64,000 nucleotides of DNA, from contig JBNKOC010000012.1 of the NCBI GenBank assembly GCA_050294405.1, positions 288,001 to 352,000 on the forward strand, given 5' to 3'. The stretch is from Fibrobacteria bacterium. GTDB lineage: Bacteria > Fibrobacterota > Fibrobacteria > UBA11236 > JADFYW01. Shown in pieces: positions 47,790 to 57,577 of the stretch (positions are counted from its first letter, which is position 1; every line of letters starts with the position of its first letter). Below the pieces are notes generated by a model, which searched no databases, was not told where the DNA came from, and worked only from the letters and a program-made list of their open reading frames with translations. The position numbers were made by a program, and so were the translations under genes.

Positions 47790-50399
47790 TTAACGAATCC
47801 CCTTTTTCTCATGGCAATCCCCGCAGAATTGTTTTATGGGGGCGTGACAAGCTGTACAATCTTTTTTCAGGAACTTCACATCAATACCATGGGTGTATTT
47901 GTAATTGGGTTCATGGGAAAATTCACTGTTCATACCTGTGTGGCAATTTAAGCAGTCATTTTTCTCCTCATGACAGGTTTTGCAATCCTGTTCCCGAATT
48001 CTGGCTTGTATCCCATGGCCTTCGGCCTTAGTCCAATTGACCTGTTTGTGATCGAAAGGTATGGGAACTTGTTCGTGACAGGCCATACAGTTGTTCATGT
48101 TTCTTTTAGCTTTGGCCTCTTCACCTAATTCTGATTGGGGTTTGTAGGGCATTCCCTTGGCGGGAAAAGGCAATCTATCACGGTTGTGAAAATACAATAG
48201 CCTCCAAAGCCCTTCCGCACCATGGCAACTGGAACATAATTCTTCTTTCACCTGAGGCAACAAGAATTTAGCCAGGGTAGTAGCTGTTTTGGTTTCCTTC
48301 GAATCGGTTTTTAATGGGCCACCGTGGGGATCATGGCAATTGTTACAGCTAATCTTAATTAGGCTGCTATCATTTCCATGGTCATCAAAAATAGGCAATA
48401 GCCTGGTGGTCTCAGTATCCTTTTTGTTAAAGGAGGCCAAATCGGGATGGTCCTTATCTTTAACAACCATAGCCTTCGCAATTCCACCTTTTTGATGGCA
48501 GCTTTCACATAAGGCCTCAGTTTTATTTGTATTCAAAAGGGTGTCAAAGGCCCAAAGCCCCCGTCCTTTATCGGTTTCATGGATAAGGTGGCAACTGCGG
48601 CATAGGCCTGCCTCAGTTGGAGTTTCCCCAAGTTGGTTTTTAAAATCTGGAGCCGACTTAGACAAGTCGTGGTGGCTGTCTTTTATCAAGGCCCCATTTT
48701 TGTGGCAATCTGTGCACATTCCCGTTTGAGAAATAGCTGTGCGCATCAAGTGCTTTTCTTCTTTGGGTTGATGTATATCATGACAACTGCTGCAAATAAT
48801 GGAAGCTTTGTTGTTACCCTTTGTTTTTTTACCCAAAGGATGGGAAATGCTTGTATCCATCATTTGTTCAGTATGAGCTGTTTTGACAAATTGTCCAAAC
48901 CCTTCTTCCTTATGGCATCCGGTACAGGTTACTTTATCGGAGTTTGTCAATTTGGCAAAAGGCACGTTTCCTGAGTCGGGATGTGGTTTGTGTGCTGAGT
49001 GGCAATTGGAGCATAAATCTTTACTCACAAAATCCAGCTTTTCTGCCCATTCTTTGCCTAAGGGGTCATGGACCCCTCCTGCCATCTTTTTATCCTCGTG
49101 GCACTCTGTACAAAGCTTTGTTTTGGGTAGGCGCAACATTGAGGGCAGTTTGTCTTTGGCGTGGGGATCGTGACATGTCTGGCAATTTATTTTTCGCTTG
49201 TCCCCATCTACTTGTAGGGGAAGTGAGGTTTTAAGACCCTTTGGCACAGCCACGTCCACAGGATGCATTTCAACATAGGGTTTCTTTTCCCATGCCATAC
49301 CACCTTCCTGATGGCATTCTACGCATAGGGGCTGGTGCTGGCTTTTTAAAGTGGTTTGCTTTTTGGCCCAACCATGTGATTTGTGGCAGGAACCGCATAC
49401 CCCAGATTCGGCTACTGTTTGGCTATCAATGTTAAAGGCTTTGGGAGCGCTTTTGTTCATATCATGAGTGGTTCCAACAACTGATCTTTGACTTTCGTGA
49501 CAATCTATACATAAGGAACCCTTATTATTTTCCTTCACCAAAAGGTTTTCTTTTGTTTTGCTCTGGTGCATATCGTGGCAGGACAAACAGGAAAGCTCTC
49601 CCTTGGGCCCGAACTTAGCTCCTGCTTTAACCAGTGTTTCAGGTGGGACAAATTCGGGAAATTTTTGTCCAATGCGGTGCATGGCCTGGCCCGAACTTTT
49701 AGCCACTTCGGGAGATTTATTTTCATGGCAGGAGATGCAAAGCGTTTTAACGGGCATTACTAACATTTTCGGGAATTCAGCGCCGTGAGGTGCATGGCAG
49801 GTTTGGCAGTATATGGCATTCTTGTTCTTAGAAGTCATGCCGCCTGCCTCGATAATTTTTTGCGGGACTTTTTCTTTTTGAGGACCTAATGGATGGTGGT
49901 TGTTCTTTTTAAAACTGGTGTGGCAACTAAGGCAAAGGTTTGAATTTTCATTAGGTTGCCTCAGGAAAACCACTGTTTTTAAATCGGAGTCACCCTTAAT
50001 GGCATGGGCGGTGTGGCAAGTGGCGCAGTTTATTTTGCCGTTATCATCCAAGGGAAACTTATCTGTGGGTATGTTAACGGAATTCGAAGGTTTTTTACCT
50101 GTAACATGATTATCCGTAGTCCATACTTTTTCCCTTGAGTCTACGACTGAGCCATCGTGACAGGAAAGGCACATATCGGAGCTTGCCGCTTGGCGATTTG
50201 TTTTTACAAAGGGAACAATTGTGCTATCTATTTCCTTTTCAAAAGTTTTGAACCAACGAATATGGCAGACTGTACATTTGGTATCGGAACTTTTATCTTT
50301 TTGAGGCCCCGATAAAAAGGGGTTTTCCGCCGCCCAAAGAAAGGACGTGCTGACCATCAAAAAAGGCAAAATTTTAGAATAAACTTTTCTCATTTTCAT
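47790..50399 (-). CDS. 25-heme cytochrome c (paired-CxxCH repeats plus a C-terminal pentaheme module)
   Basis: Signal peptide; 25 CxxCH counted; repeated CxxCHxxH...L...LCxxCH doublets. Confidence 0.93.
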   Translation of the reverse strand: MKMRKVYSKILPFLMVSTSFLWAAENPFLSGPQKDKSSDTKCTVCHIRWFKTFEKEIDSTIVPFVKTNRQAASSDMCLSCHDGSVVDSREKVWTTDNHVTGKKPSNSVNIPTDKFPLDDNGKINCATCHTAHAIKGDSDLKTVVFLRQPNENSNLCLSCHTSFKKNNHHPLGPQKEKVPQKIIEAGGMTSKNKNAIYCQTCHAPHGAEFPKMLVMPVKTLCISCHENKSPEVAKSSGQAMHRIGQKFPEFVPPETLVKAGAKFGPKGELSCLSCHDMHQSKTKENLLVKENNKGSLCIDCHESQRSVVGTTHDMNKSAPKAFNIDSQTVAESGVCGSCHKSHGWAKKQTTLKSQHQPLCVECHQEGGMAWEKKPYVEMHPVDVAVPKGLKTSLPLQVDGDKRKINCQTCHDPHAKDKLPSMLRLPKTKLCTECHEDKKMAGGVHDPLGKEWAEKLDFVSKDLCSNCHSAHKPHPDSGNVPFAKLTNSDKVTCTGCHKEEGFGQFVKTAHTEQMMDTSISHPLGKKTKGNNKASIICSSCHDIHQPKEEKHLMRTAISQTGMCTDCHKNGALIKDSHHDLSKSAPDFKNQLGETPTEAGLCRSCHLIHETDKGRGLWAFDTLLNTNKTEALCESCHQKGGIAKAMVVKDKDHPDLASFNKKDTETTRLLPIFDDHGNDSSLIKISCNNCHDPHGGPLKTDSKETKTATTLAKFLLPQVKEELCSSCHGAEGLWRLLYFHNRDRLPFPAKGMPYKPQSELGEEAKAKRNMNNCMACHEQVPIPFDHKQVNWTKAEGHGIQARIREQDCKTCHEEKNDCLNCHTGMNSEFSHEPNYKYTHGIDVKFLKKDCTACHAPIKQFCGDCHEKKGIR

Positions 50400-51331
50400 T
50401 TGCTTAAGGTTAATTCGCGAACCTGGCCTGCTTTAAATTCAATCACATACAATCTGTTGTTTTTTGGGTCGCTGGTTATTCCAGTGGGCGTATCAAATAC
50501 CATGGGCTTTCCCGACGAATCCGTTAGCAATCCTAGATATTTCCCCGTAATGCTAAACGCCTGGATGCGCCCCAAATAACTATCTGTAATAAATACTTTG
50601 TTATCCAGCATGGCCGAGGATTTGGGGCGATATAGTTCTCCGGCTTCTACTCCCATTTTGCCAATAAAGGAAATAAATTTTCCTTTAGGGTTAATAACCT
50701 GAACCCTGGTATTTATGGTTTCAGTTACCATTAAATTTCCATCGGGAGTAAAGCTTATAAAAAATGGGTATTGGAACTTTAATATATCTTTTCCCAATTC
50801 GCCCCAGCTTTTTGCATAGCTATTTTTTGCTTCGTCAAATACATGTATTTGATGGTTGTCGTTGTCACAGAGAAAAACTCGTTGGGAACTTTTGTCCACG
50901 GCCACATCAGTAATATCAGATTCTGTCTTTTTTATTTTTCCTGGCGCTGGAATGAGTTTCACAAATTTTCCCTCAGCCGAAAAAACCTGAACCCGTTTGT
51001 TTCCCGTATCTGCAACATATATGTGGCCGTTTTTGCCCACATCAATTCCAAGCGGGCTTTTTAAATAACCCTTAGCGCTTCCCTTTTTTCCTATGCTGGA
51101 TAAAAATTTTCCCTGGGAGTTAAATTTGATAATGCGATGGTTTACTCCATCAGATACATAAATTTCTCCACCGGGGCCTAAGGCCACATCTGTAGGCATG
51201 ACCATGGGGTTATTTTCTGGGGTTTTAAATACCCGTGCGCTCTTTACTTTAATGAGCTCAGAACCATGTGCAACCGTACTCAGGGTTAGTCCCCCCACAA
51301 ATAGCATAATATTTAAAGTGGAAAGTTTCAT
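50396..51331 (-). CDS. Secreted NHL-repeat beta-propeller protein
   Basis: Signal peptide; repeats PTDVA..IYVSDG.NHRI, PLGID..IYVADTGNKRVQVF. Confidence 0.9.
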   Translation of the reverse strand: MKLSTLNIMLFVGGLTLSTVAHGSELIKVKSARVFKTPENNPMVMPTDVALGPGGEIYVSDGVNHRIIKFNSQGKFLSSIGKKGSAKGYLKSPLGIDVGKNGHIYVADTGNKRVQVFSAEGKFVKLIPAPGKIKKTESDITDVAVDKSSQRVFLCDNDNHQIHVFDEAKNSYAKSWGELGKDILKFQYPFFISFTPDGNLMVTETINTRVQVINPKGKFISFIGKMGVEAGELYRPKSSAMLDNKVFITDSYLGRIQAFSITGKYLGLLTDSSGKPMVFDTPTGITSDPKNNRLYVIEFKAGQVRELTLSK

Positions 51332-52188
51332 GGATTCGCCCTTGGAGCATTTTCCTCTTTATCCAAACCTGATTTCATTAGAGAAGGAATAAAAAACTTC
51401 TCCAGATTGTTAATCAGGTCCACCACTTCGGATGTAACCAGAAAGCTTTTCCGTTGCTCGGAATAGCCTAATTCCACATAAGGGAAGAAGTTATTTTTAG
51501 AGTTGTGGCATTTGGTACAACTAAGAGCTTCTTTTAACATATTTTGATGCAGGACTTTATTGTTCTCTTCCTCCTGGCTGGGATCGGGCTTTGTGGAGCT
51601 GGATTTAAGTTGAAGGTAAAAATTCTTTTCGTCCTCCAGTACAAAGGGAGCTGGATTTGATTTGTCTCCTGCAACCTGCGCAATCTTGGCTCCATAATCG
51701 CCCCAGCTGGATTCGATTAAATCAGGGTTGGGAACCAATTTGCCCTCTTTAAGATCCACCCAGCCAAATCCCATTTGGGAGGAAGGGTCGTCGGGGGATT
51801 GCATACTAACATGGCAAACTTCGCAGGATATAAATTGGGAGTGCATATTTAAAAAAGAGCGAGCTTCCTTTTTTTTGGCATGGTCATAAGTCCCATGGCA
51901 ATCCACGCAAAAACTCCAGCTATCTTTTTCCACTTTCTTATTGGTTTTATGAAACTCGTTTCCCAGATTTTGAACAGTATCTGAAACGGCTTTTGCTTGC
52001 TCGTGTTGTTTGCTTTGGGAAGGAGGTAAATTGAATTTATCCCGAACTATGGAATCCAGGCTGTAATGTGAAGATTTGCTGACTACCCCGATGAGCAACA
52101 TGCTCATGGCTACTCCTGCTGCAATCAGAAAGAAAATGGTAGTTATGATGTAAAGGTATTTTAGAAATCCGGCCATAAATTTTTTCAT
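51328..52188 (-). CDS. Membrane-anchored triheme cytochrome c
   Basis: N-terminal TM; CVDCH, CEVCH, CTKCH. Confidence 0.85.
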   Translation of the reverse strand: MKKFMAGFLKYLYIITTIFFLIAAGVAMSMLLIGVVSKSSHYSLDSIVRDKFNLPPSQSKQHEQAKAVSDTVQNLGNEFHKTNKKVEKDSWSFCVDCHGTYDHAKKKEARSFLNMHSQFISCEVCHVSMQSPDDPSSQMGFGWVDLKEGKLVPNPDLIESSWGDYGAKIAQVAGDKSNPAPFVLEDEKNFYLQLKSSSTKPDPSQEEENNKVLHQNMLKEALSCTKCHNSKNNFFPYVELGYSEQRKSFLVTSEVVDLINNLEKFFIPSLMKSGLDKEENAPRANP

Positions 52189-54011
52189 GCTTCATCCTCC
52201 GGTTTTTTCTCTTCATCATTCTGCGTATCCAGAACCTCCCCTCCGTGTTCTTCTGCCAGCATGTGGGGTGTAACCTCACCTGTGATCATGGAGGACAAGG
52301 GAGAAGTAAAAGGTCGGAGAACATTCAGGATGTGAATGAGGAAAATAAAGGATATGGCTAAAAGGGCTTCATCGGAATGGGCAATTAAGGAAATGTTGAT
52401 AACCCATCCCGGCAAATAGGCGCTGAATAGTTCCTCGCCCCACATTATTATCCCCGTAACAGCCAGAAGAGGGATACCCCAGAATACCGCCAGATAATCG
52501 AATTTCTCTTTCCAGGAAAAACGCTTGTAGGCAGGCTTTATTGGACTTATGTAAAAGATGTATTTGAGCATCACCACAAAGTCGTGAACATCATCTTTGT
52601 TTGGCATTAAAGGCAACCCAAACAATGTGGAAAGCCAACCGCCAAGCCCTTTTTTACCCTGGGCTTCCATGGCTTTTCCTATGCTGTTCAGAATAGAAAT
52701 GATATGCAGGAAAAAACCGATTATCATAATGACTCCGGCAACCCTGTGCAATATGGGAGCTACTTCAATGCCTCCCATAATTTTATAAACAAAGGAAGAC
52801 CAGAAAGCCTCCGGAAACTTCATGGGAAGTCCGGTAAGCGAAAGCACCGTAAAGCTTACCACCAACAAAGCGTGTTGAACCCTGTGCCAGGGACTAAAAC
52901 GCTGTCTTGATTTTTCCTTGCCAACCCATTTCTCCGCTAGTTTTTGGATGCGGAGGGTTTCTTCCTTTGCTTCCTTACTGGGGAAGGCTTCCCGCAACAA
53001 CCCCAGAATGCTAATGATTAACATGGGGATCAAAACACTCAGAGTAAGAATAACAAAGGCCAAAGCAACTTTTGATTCCACTGGGTATCTCTGGCTGTCG
53101 TGAGGGGTGGAGTGCACGCGGAACTGGGCTAATTGGGCTCCGGCATTGGGGTGGCAATCCATTTGGCTGCATGTTTGTGGTTTGTTCGCCTCGTAAATGG
53201 CGGAGGCTTCATCTTCTTTGCCTCTCATGTCATGCACATTTTCAGTGCCTGCATGGCAGTCCAGGCAGTCGGGCGCTCTTCTGGAACCGAATAATATCGC
53301 TTTGCCGTGGTAGGTTTCCAAATAGCTGGAAATCACATCGGGCATATCATGGCGTTTGTTAAACTCTGGGTCCCCATGACACTTTCCGCAAAGATTTAAA
53401 ATTTCCATGGGGTCACGTGATTTTTTCAGCCGGGAAGTTACATGGTTATAGGAATACCTCACAAACTTTTCGTCTTCATGGCATACCATACATCTGTTTA
53501 TTGCCTGCTCAGAAACTCCAGCAGAAAGGGATTTGTGAATAGCTAAAGGCTTAAATTCGGGGGAGTCGTGGCAGTCCTTACAACTTGGATAGTCCTCAAT
53601 AAACTCATTGTCATTGCCGTCTTTGTCTTTTGTGGCATGTACTCCAAAGTCCAGGCTTTCCTGCACTTTCTTGTGGCTAAATAAAATTTCTCTGTTGGGT
53701 TCTTCAATGTGACAGGTTTTAGTGCAGTTTACTTTTTCAGCGTTATAGTGAGGAATCTCTTCAATATCTGAGTGGCAGTCCTTGCAACTGACCCTTTGGT
53801 GGGGCCCTTCCATTTCATGCATGGGATCAATGAAAAAGGATTTAAAGCTGCCAGCCGAATCCACCCTTCCCAGACCAGGGTAACGGTGGCACATTAAACA
53901 GTTTTGAGGGTCCTTGGCTGTTGCTGGAATAAACAAACCCAATGCAAATATGAAGAGAAATAAAACCCTAAACCCAGTTAACCGGTTAAAAATTAGTGAC
54001 AAACTTTGCAT
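52185..54011 (-). CDS. CbcL-like multiheme c / cytochrome b fusion (quinol:cytochrome c oxidoreductase)
   Basis: 6 CxxCH plus CTKTCH and CSQMDCH; then RFSPWHRVQH, LTGLP, LHRVAG, EKFDYLAVFWG, AHSDEALLA. Confidence 0.87.
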   Translation of the reverse strand: MQSLSLIFNRLTGFRVLFLFIFALGLFIPATAKDPQNCLMCHRYPGLGRVDSAGSFKSFFIDPMHEMEGPHQRVSCKDCHSDIEEIPHYNAEKVNCTKTCHIEEPNREILFSHKKVQESLDFGVHATKDKDGNDNEFIEDYPSCKDCHDSPEFKPLAIHKSLSAGVSEQAINRCMVCHEDEKFVRYSYNHVTSRLKKSRDPMEILNLCGKCHGDPEFNKRHDMPDVISSYLETYHGKAILFGSRRAPDCLDCHAGTENVHDMRGKEDEASAIYEANKPQTCSQMDCHPNAGAQLAQFRVHSTPHDSQRYPVESKVALAFVILTLSVLIPMLIISILGLLREAFPSKEAKEETLRIQKLAEKWVGKEKSRQRFSPWHRVQHALLVVSFTVLSLTGLPMKFPEAFWSSFVYKIMGGIEVAPILHRVAGVIMIIGFFLHIISILNSIGKAMEAQGKKGLGGWLSTLFGLPLMPNKDDVHDFVVMLKYIFYISPIKPAYKRFSWKEKFDYLAVFWGIPLLAVTGIIMWGEELFSAYLPGWVINISLIAHSDEALLAISFIFLIHILNVLRPFTSPLSSMITGEVTPHMLAEEHGGEVLDTQNDEEKKPEDEA

Positions 54012-54925
54012 GAATTTTCTCCTGGTTTTTTGCGCCTTAGCCTTGTGGACTTAGCTTCTTTCTCATCTGCGCCCATGGACCGCGGATTTTTTGCGGGAAA
54101 GAGTCCTTTTTCATGGGGGTTATGGCAGCTAAAACAGGTGATTCGCCCTGTACTGTCCAGTGGAAACACCTGGTATTTTTCATATTCTTTTTTGTCCATT
54201 TTGAGGTAATCAGCCATTTCCTTAAAAGTTTCGGGAGTAGGTTTGGCCAATATATGACGACCCACAATGGGATGGTTCCCTGGAATGGGGTGGTTTCCCA
54301 ATACGGGATGGTTTTGAGAAACTGAATGGCAATTGCCACATAACTGCTCGGACTCAGCTCTGAGTTTAAAGTCTGTGCTTGGCTTCATTTTTTCGCTGAG
54401 TTTGGGAACTTCCGTATGGCACCAAAGGCATACATCTTCTTTTTTCTTTCCGTTTTTATCTAATTGATCGTGAACATTAAAAGGCGTGTAATCTTCTTTA
54501 ACATGGCAGTTAAAACAAAATTCCTTTTCGGGTTTATTGCCTCTTAAAAAATTCATGTTTTCTTCCTGATTTTTCTTTCCTTTACATTGCAATAGGGCAT
54601 CGTGGCAAGTCAGGCAGGAAACTTTTCCGTTGTCTAATGGAAAAGTCTTTGAAATATTTTTTAGAAGCTTTTCCGAGGGTTTCATTCCTGCCGGATGAAT
54701 TTCTCTGTTGGCACGAACTCCGTCATGGCAATCTGTGCAAAGCTGCTCGGCCGTTTTAAATTTGAGGTTTGCATTTGTGGCAGGTTCTGCGCTATGGCAA
54801 GTGGAACAATCGGCTTTTTTTCCATGAGGGTTTTTGGCTTTTTCTATTTTTTTAACAGCTGTTTCTTCACTAAAAGCAAAACAAGCACATACCAATACCA
54901 ATAAAAAGCTCTTTCTAGGGATCAT
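53993..54925 (-). CDS. Periplasmic octaheme cytochrome c
   Basis: Signal peptide; 8 CxxCH, the last at the extreme C-terminus. Confidence 0.9.
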   Translation of the reverse strand: MIPRKSFLLVLVCACFAFSEETAVKKIEKAKNPHGKKADCSTCHSAEPATNANLKFKTAEQLCTDCHDGVRANREIHPAGMKPSEKLLKNISKTFPLDNGKVSCLTCHDALLQCKGKKNQEENMNFLRGNKPEKEFCFNCHVKEDYTPFNVHDQLDKNGKKKEDVCLWCHTEVPKLSEKMKPSTDFKLRAESEQLCGNCHSVSQNHPVLGNHPIPGNHPIVGRHILAKPTPETFKEMADYLKMDKKEYEKYQVFPLDSTGRITCFSCHNPHEKGLFPAKNPRSMGADEKEAKSTRLRRKKPGENSCKVCH

Positions 54926-56136
54926 TCCCGGGTCCCCCTGAAATATTTGAGTTTTAATCCAAAATAAAAGCGATGATCTGATGTGTAAAACTCATTTTGC
55001 AAAAGCTGATACTCTGAAGTTAAAGTGAAATAATTAGAAATATTCAGGCTGCCTCCAATCTCATAAAAAGAAGCTTTCAAGTTTTTTTTATTTTCAAAGG
55101 AATAAGTGGAAAGCCCACTTGCCAGGGAGATTTCTCCTCTTTTAAATAGTCGGTATTGGTAGGCAGCTGTATAACTCATTCTATCGGATATTTTTTCCGT
55201 TTCCATCTGGAAACCCAACAGAATTCCGTAAGCCCCCAGTTTGACATCCAGCATTTTTCCTGCGAAGTCGTCATACCAAATTAGCCCACCACTGAGGGAA
55301 GTATAGAGCTTTTCATTTAGCTTGAATAAATATGAGGTATTAACATACTGGTGTTTTGGGTGAATAAAATATTCGTAGGAGGGCATGGAATCCAATTGCT
55401 CGTCCTGATAACCCCAATTCACAAGGAATACATCTTTTTGTCTTAACTGGACAATACTGGTAACATCGTATTGAGTAAACTCTTCAATAATGTCATCATA
55501 AAGAATTTCTCCAATTAGATCCCACCTTTTAAAAAGATTTTGCCGCAAAGACGCCCCATAATTGAGCGTATCCATGTTGCTTTCCGAACTTAAATCCAAA
55601 TCAATTTGGGTTCCCGGAAAAGGCTTGGAAGATAACTTGCCGCCAAAAAAGAAGGCATCTGCGGAAAAATCAAATAGGCCTTCCTGATAAAACTGGGGGG
55701 AGTTGTAACCAACATAGCCTTCAGCGTGAACCCACTCTTTAAAACTTGCTGAAAGGCCTCCTCCGTCGTATAAAACGTTCCTGTTTATAAAAGGAATAAA
55801 ATCGCGGCCTGCAAAAATACTGTACGAGCTTTTGGAAGGCGCGTATTTAACACCCGTAATGCCAAGACGACTGTTACTTAAATAAGAATTGGGACGGGTT
55901 TCATGAAAATCTGAATAGCGGTAGGATGCTGTGTAGTAAAAATCACTTTGTTTGCCCTGAATAAAAAAAGATTCGGATTGATATATGGACTTTTGTTCGG
56001 TGGCATCTTGTTGTTCCACGGCGTAGCCACCTAAATTTGCTGAGGTGGAAATGTAATTTGCCATGGTAGAGGCTGCGCCTCCAAAAAACAAAAGCAATGA
56101 CAAAAGAATAAGACAGTTGGTGGGCTGTCGGATCAT
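54922..56136 (-). CDS. Outer-membrane beta-barrel (porin of a porin-cytochrome complex)
   Basis: Signal peptide; Tyr/Phe/Ser-rich amphipathic strands; RFYFGLKLKYF near the C-terminus; first gene of the cytochrome operon. Confidence 0.72.
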   Translation of the reverse strand: MIRQPTNCLILLSLLLFFGGAASTMANYISTSANLGGYAVEQQDATEQKSIYQSESFFIQGKQSDFYYTASYRYSDFHETRPNSYLSNSRLGITGVKYAPSKSSYSIFAGRDFIPFINRNVLYDGGGLSASFKEWVHAEGYVGYNSPQFYQEGLFDFSADAFFFGGKLSSKPFPGTQIDLDLSSESNMDTLNYGASLRQNLFKRWDLIGEILYDDIIEEFTQYDVTSIVQLRQKDVFLVNWGYQDEQLDSMPSYEYFIHPKHQYVNTSYLFKLNEKLYTSLSGGLIWYDDFAGKMLDVKLGAYGILLGFQMETEKISDRMSYTAAYQYRLFKRGEISLASGLSTYSFENKKNLKASFYEIGGSLNISNYFTLTSEYQLLQNEFYTSDHRFYFGLKLKYFRGTRE

Positions 56137-56181
56137 GGTTTACACACTTGATAATTAGGGTTCATTGTGTGTGCTAGGTTG

Positions 56182-56197
56182 AGCAAATGCTGTACCA
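56182..56197 (-). promoter_or_regulatory. Sigma54 (-24/-12) promoter of the porin-cytochrome operon
   Basis: Minus strand reads TGGTAC-AGCAT-TTGCT, 46 bp upstream of ATG 56136. Confidence 0.78.
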
Positions 56198-56379
56198 TAT
56201 TTAGGGCTAAATTTGACATCGAAATTTTTAGAATTAGTAATCCAAAACATTTTCAAGATTATATTTTGTTTTTTTGGCCCCTGCTCTGAAAATCTTTTGC
56301 AGTCTTGGCAAAATAGAATGCCATAATTTAATTCACAAACTTTTTTTACAAGAAATTGAATGGAAAATTGAAGGCTATT

Positions 56380-56394
56380 TTGTCAAATTGACAA
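56380..56394. promoter_or_regulatory. Palindromic operator/enhancer TTGTCA-AAT-TGACAA
   Basis: Perfect motif about 185 bp upstream of the sigma54 promoter; a weaker partner lies at 56411-56423. Confidence 0.72.
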
Positions 56395-56498
56395 GAAGAG
56401 TATTTTGTTTTGATCTTTTGACATGCCTCTTGTCTTTTTAGCAAGGAAATAAATCAGCAGCTCCCAGAACGGTTAAAGCCAATTATTGCCAATTGCTT

Positions 56499-56693
56499 TT
56501 AATTTAAGGGTTTGTTTTTACTAAGCCGTCTTAAATAAAGGATTCCGGTACCAATTAGAATCAAGGGCAGAAAAATTAAAAAACCCGTAGTAATATAGTA
56601 GGCCATTCTAGTGTTAGATTCTGCATTAAAGCAAACCGGGCAACTGTGGGCCATACTGGCAAGCAGGAAGATAAAAATCAGAGCTTTGTACAT
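56499..56693 (-). CDS. Small membrane protein with CxxC, last gene of the oxidase operon
   Basis: Signal-like N-terminus, AHSCPVCF, one TM helix, basic tail. Confidence 0.7.
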   Translation of the reverse strand: MYKALIFIFLLASMAHSCPVCFNAESNTRMAYYITTGFLIFLPLILIGTGILYLRRLSKNKPLN

Positions 56694-56703
56694 GATAGGC
56701 AGT

Positions 56704-57297
56704 CTAGAAATAAACCAATAAATAAAGAATAGGCCAAATGGCCACCACAAAATACCAATAGATGGAAGAGAGCTCCAGGCTTTGCCCGCTTGTTTTCAAC
56801 TGAATCAGGCTTTGGAAAATACCCAAAGCTAAAAATACAGCCCCCACTAGTACGTGAAGGGCATGTAATCCAATAAGTGTGTAAAATGTGCCGCCGAAAA
56901 GACTGGAACTCAAGGTTAATCCAAAATTAATGAGTTTAGTCCATTCATATCCCTGAATAATTAAAAACAATATCCCAAGAGCAAGGCCGCTTAAGCCGAA
57001 AATCATTTTAGATTTTACGCTTCGGGAAGAGGATTTTTGAACGGCTATGTATATAAGTATACCGGAAATTAAAAGGGCAAGAGTGTTAAAGGCCGTAATG
57101 GCCACAGGCAACCTAGGTTGGTTCAAGGGAGGCCATACTCCCAGGTTTTTTGATTTTACTACTAGAAAAGAACTGATAAATCCTGCAAAAAGCATAATTT
57201 CAGTTCCAATAAAAATAAAGAGGGCTAATTTTCCATTGGATATTGGAAAATTTTGATGGTAGGTTCTACCGGATTCAGTCACCGTAGACATAAACAA
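56704..57297 (-). CDS. Heme-copper oxidase subunit III-like protein (second)
   Basis: FIGTEIMLFAGF, WPP, NTLALLISG, QGYEW, IGLHALHV, YWYFV. Confidence 0.88.
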   Translation of the reverse strand: MFMSTVTESGRTYHQNFPISNGKLALFIFIGTEIMLFAGFISSFLVVKSKNLGVWPPLNQPRLPVAITAFNTLALLISGILIYIAVQKSSSRSVKSKMIFGLSGLALGILFLIIQGYEWTKLINFGLTLSSSLFGGTFYTLIGLHALHVLVGAVFLALGIFQSLIQLKTSGQSLELSSIYWYFVVAIWPILYLLVYF

Positions 57298-57565
57298 TGT
57301 CGGGGATAAGGCCTATAAGAAGTATTAAAATGCAAAGGGCGCCCACTGCAGCAAAAATTTTTAAAAACTTGGGTTCAAATTTTAAGTGCATGTAGTTGGA
57401 AACAACAATGCCTGCTTTAATAAAGGCTACGCTAAAGACTAGGATGGTAGCTAAAGTGGGATTTCCCACCATACCGGCACCCATTCCCAAAAGCAACAAA
57501 ACGAATAAGATAGCCCATATTTTAATGTAATTGGGATGATGATGTGCTACGTCTTTATCTTCCAT
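57275..57565 (-). CDS. Cytochrome c oxidase subunit IV
   Basis: YIKIWAIL, AFIKAGIVVSNYMHLKFE. Confidence 0.88.
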   Translation of the reverse strand: MEDKDVAHHHPNYIKIWAILFVLLLLGMGAGMVGNPTLATILVFSVAFIKAGIVVSNYMHLKFEPKFLKIFAAVGALCILILLIGLIPDIVYVYGD

Positions 57566-57577
57566 AATTTATCTCTC

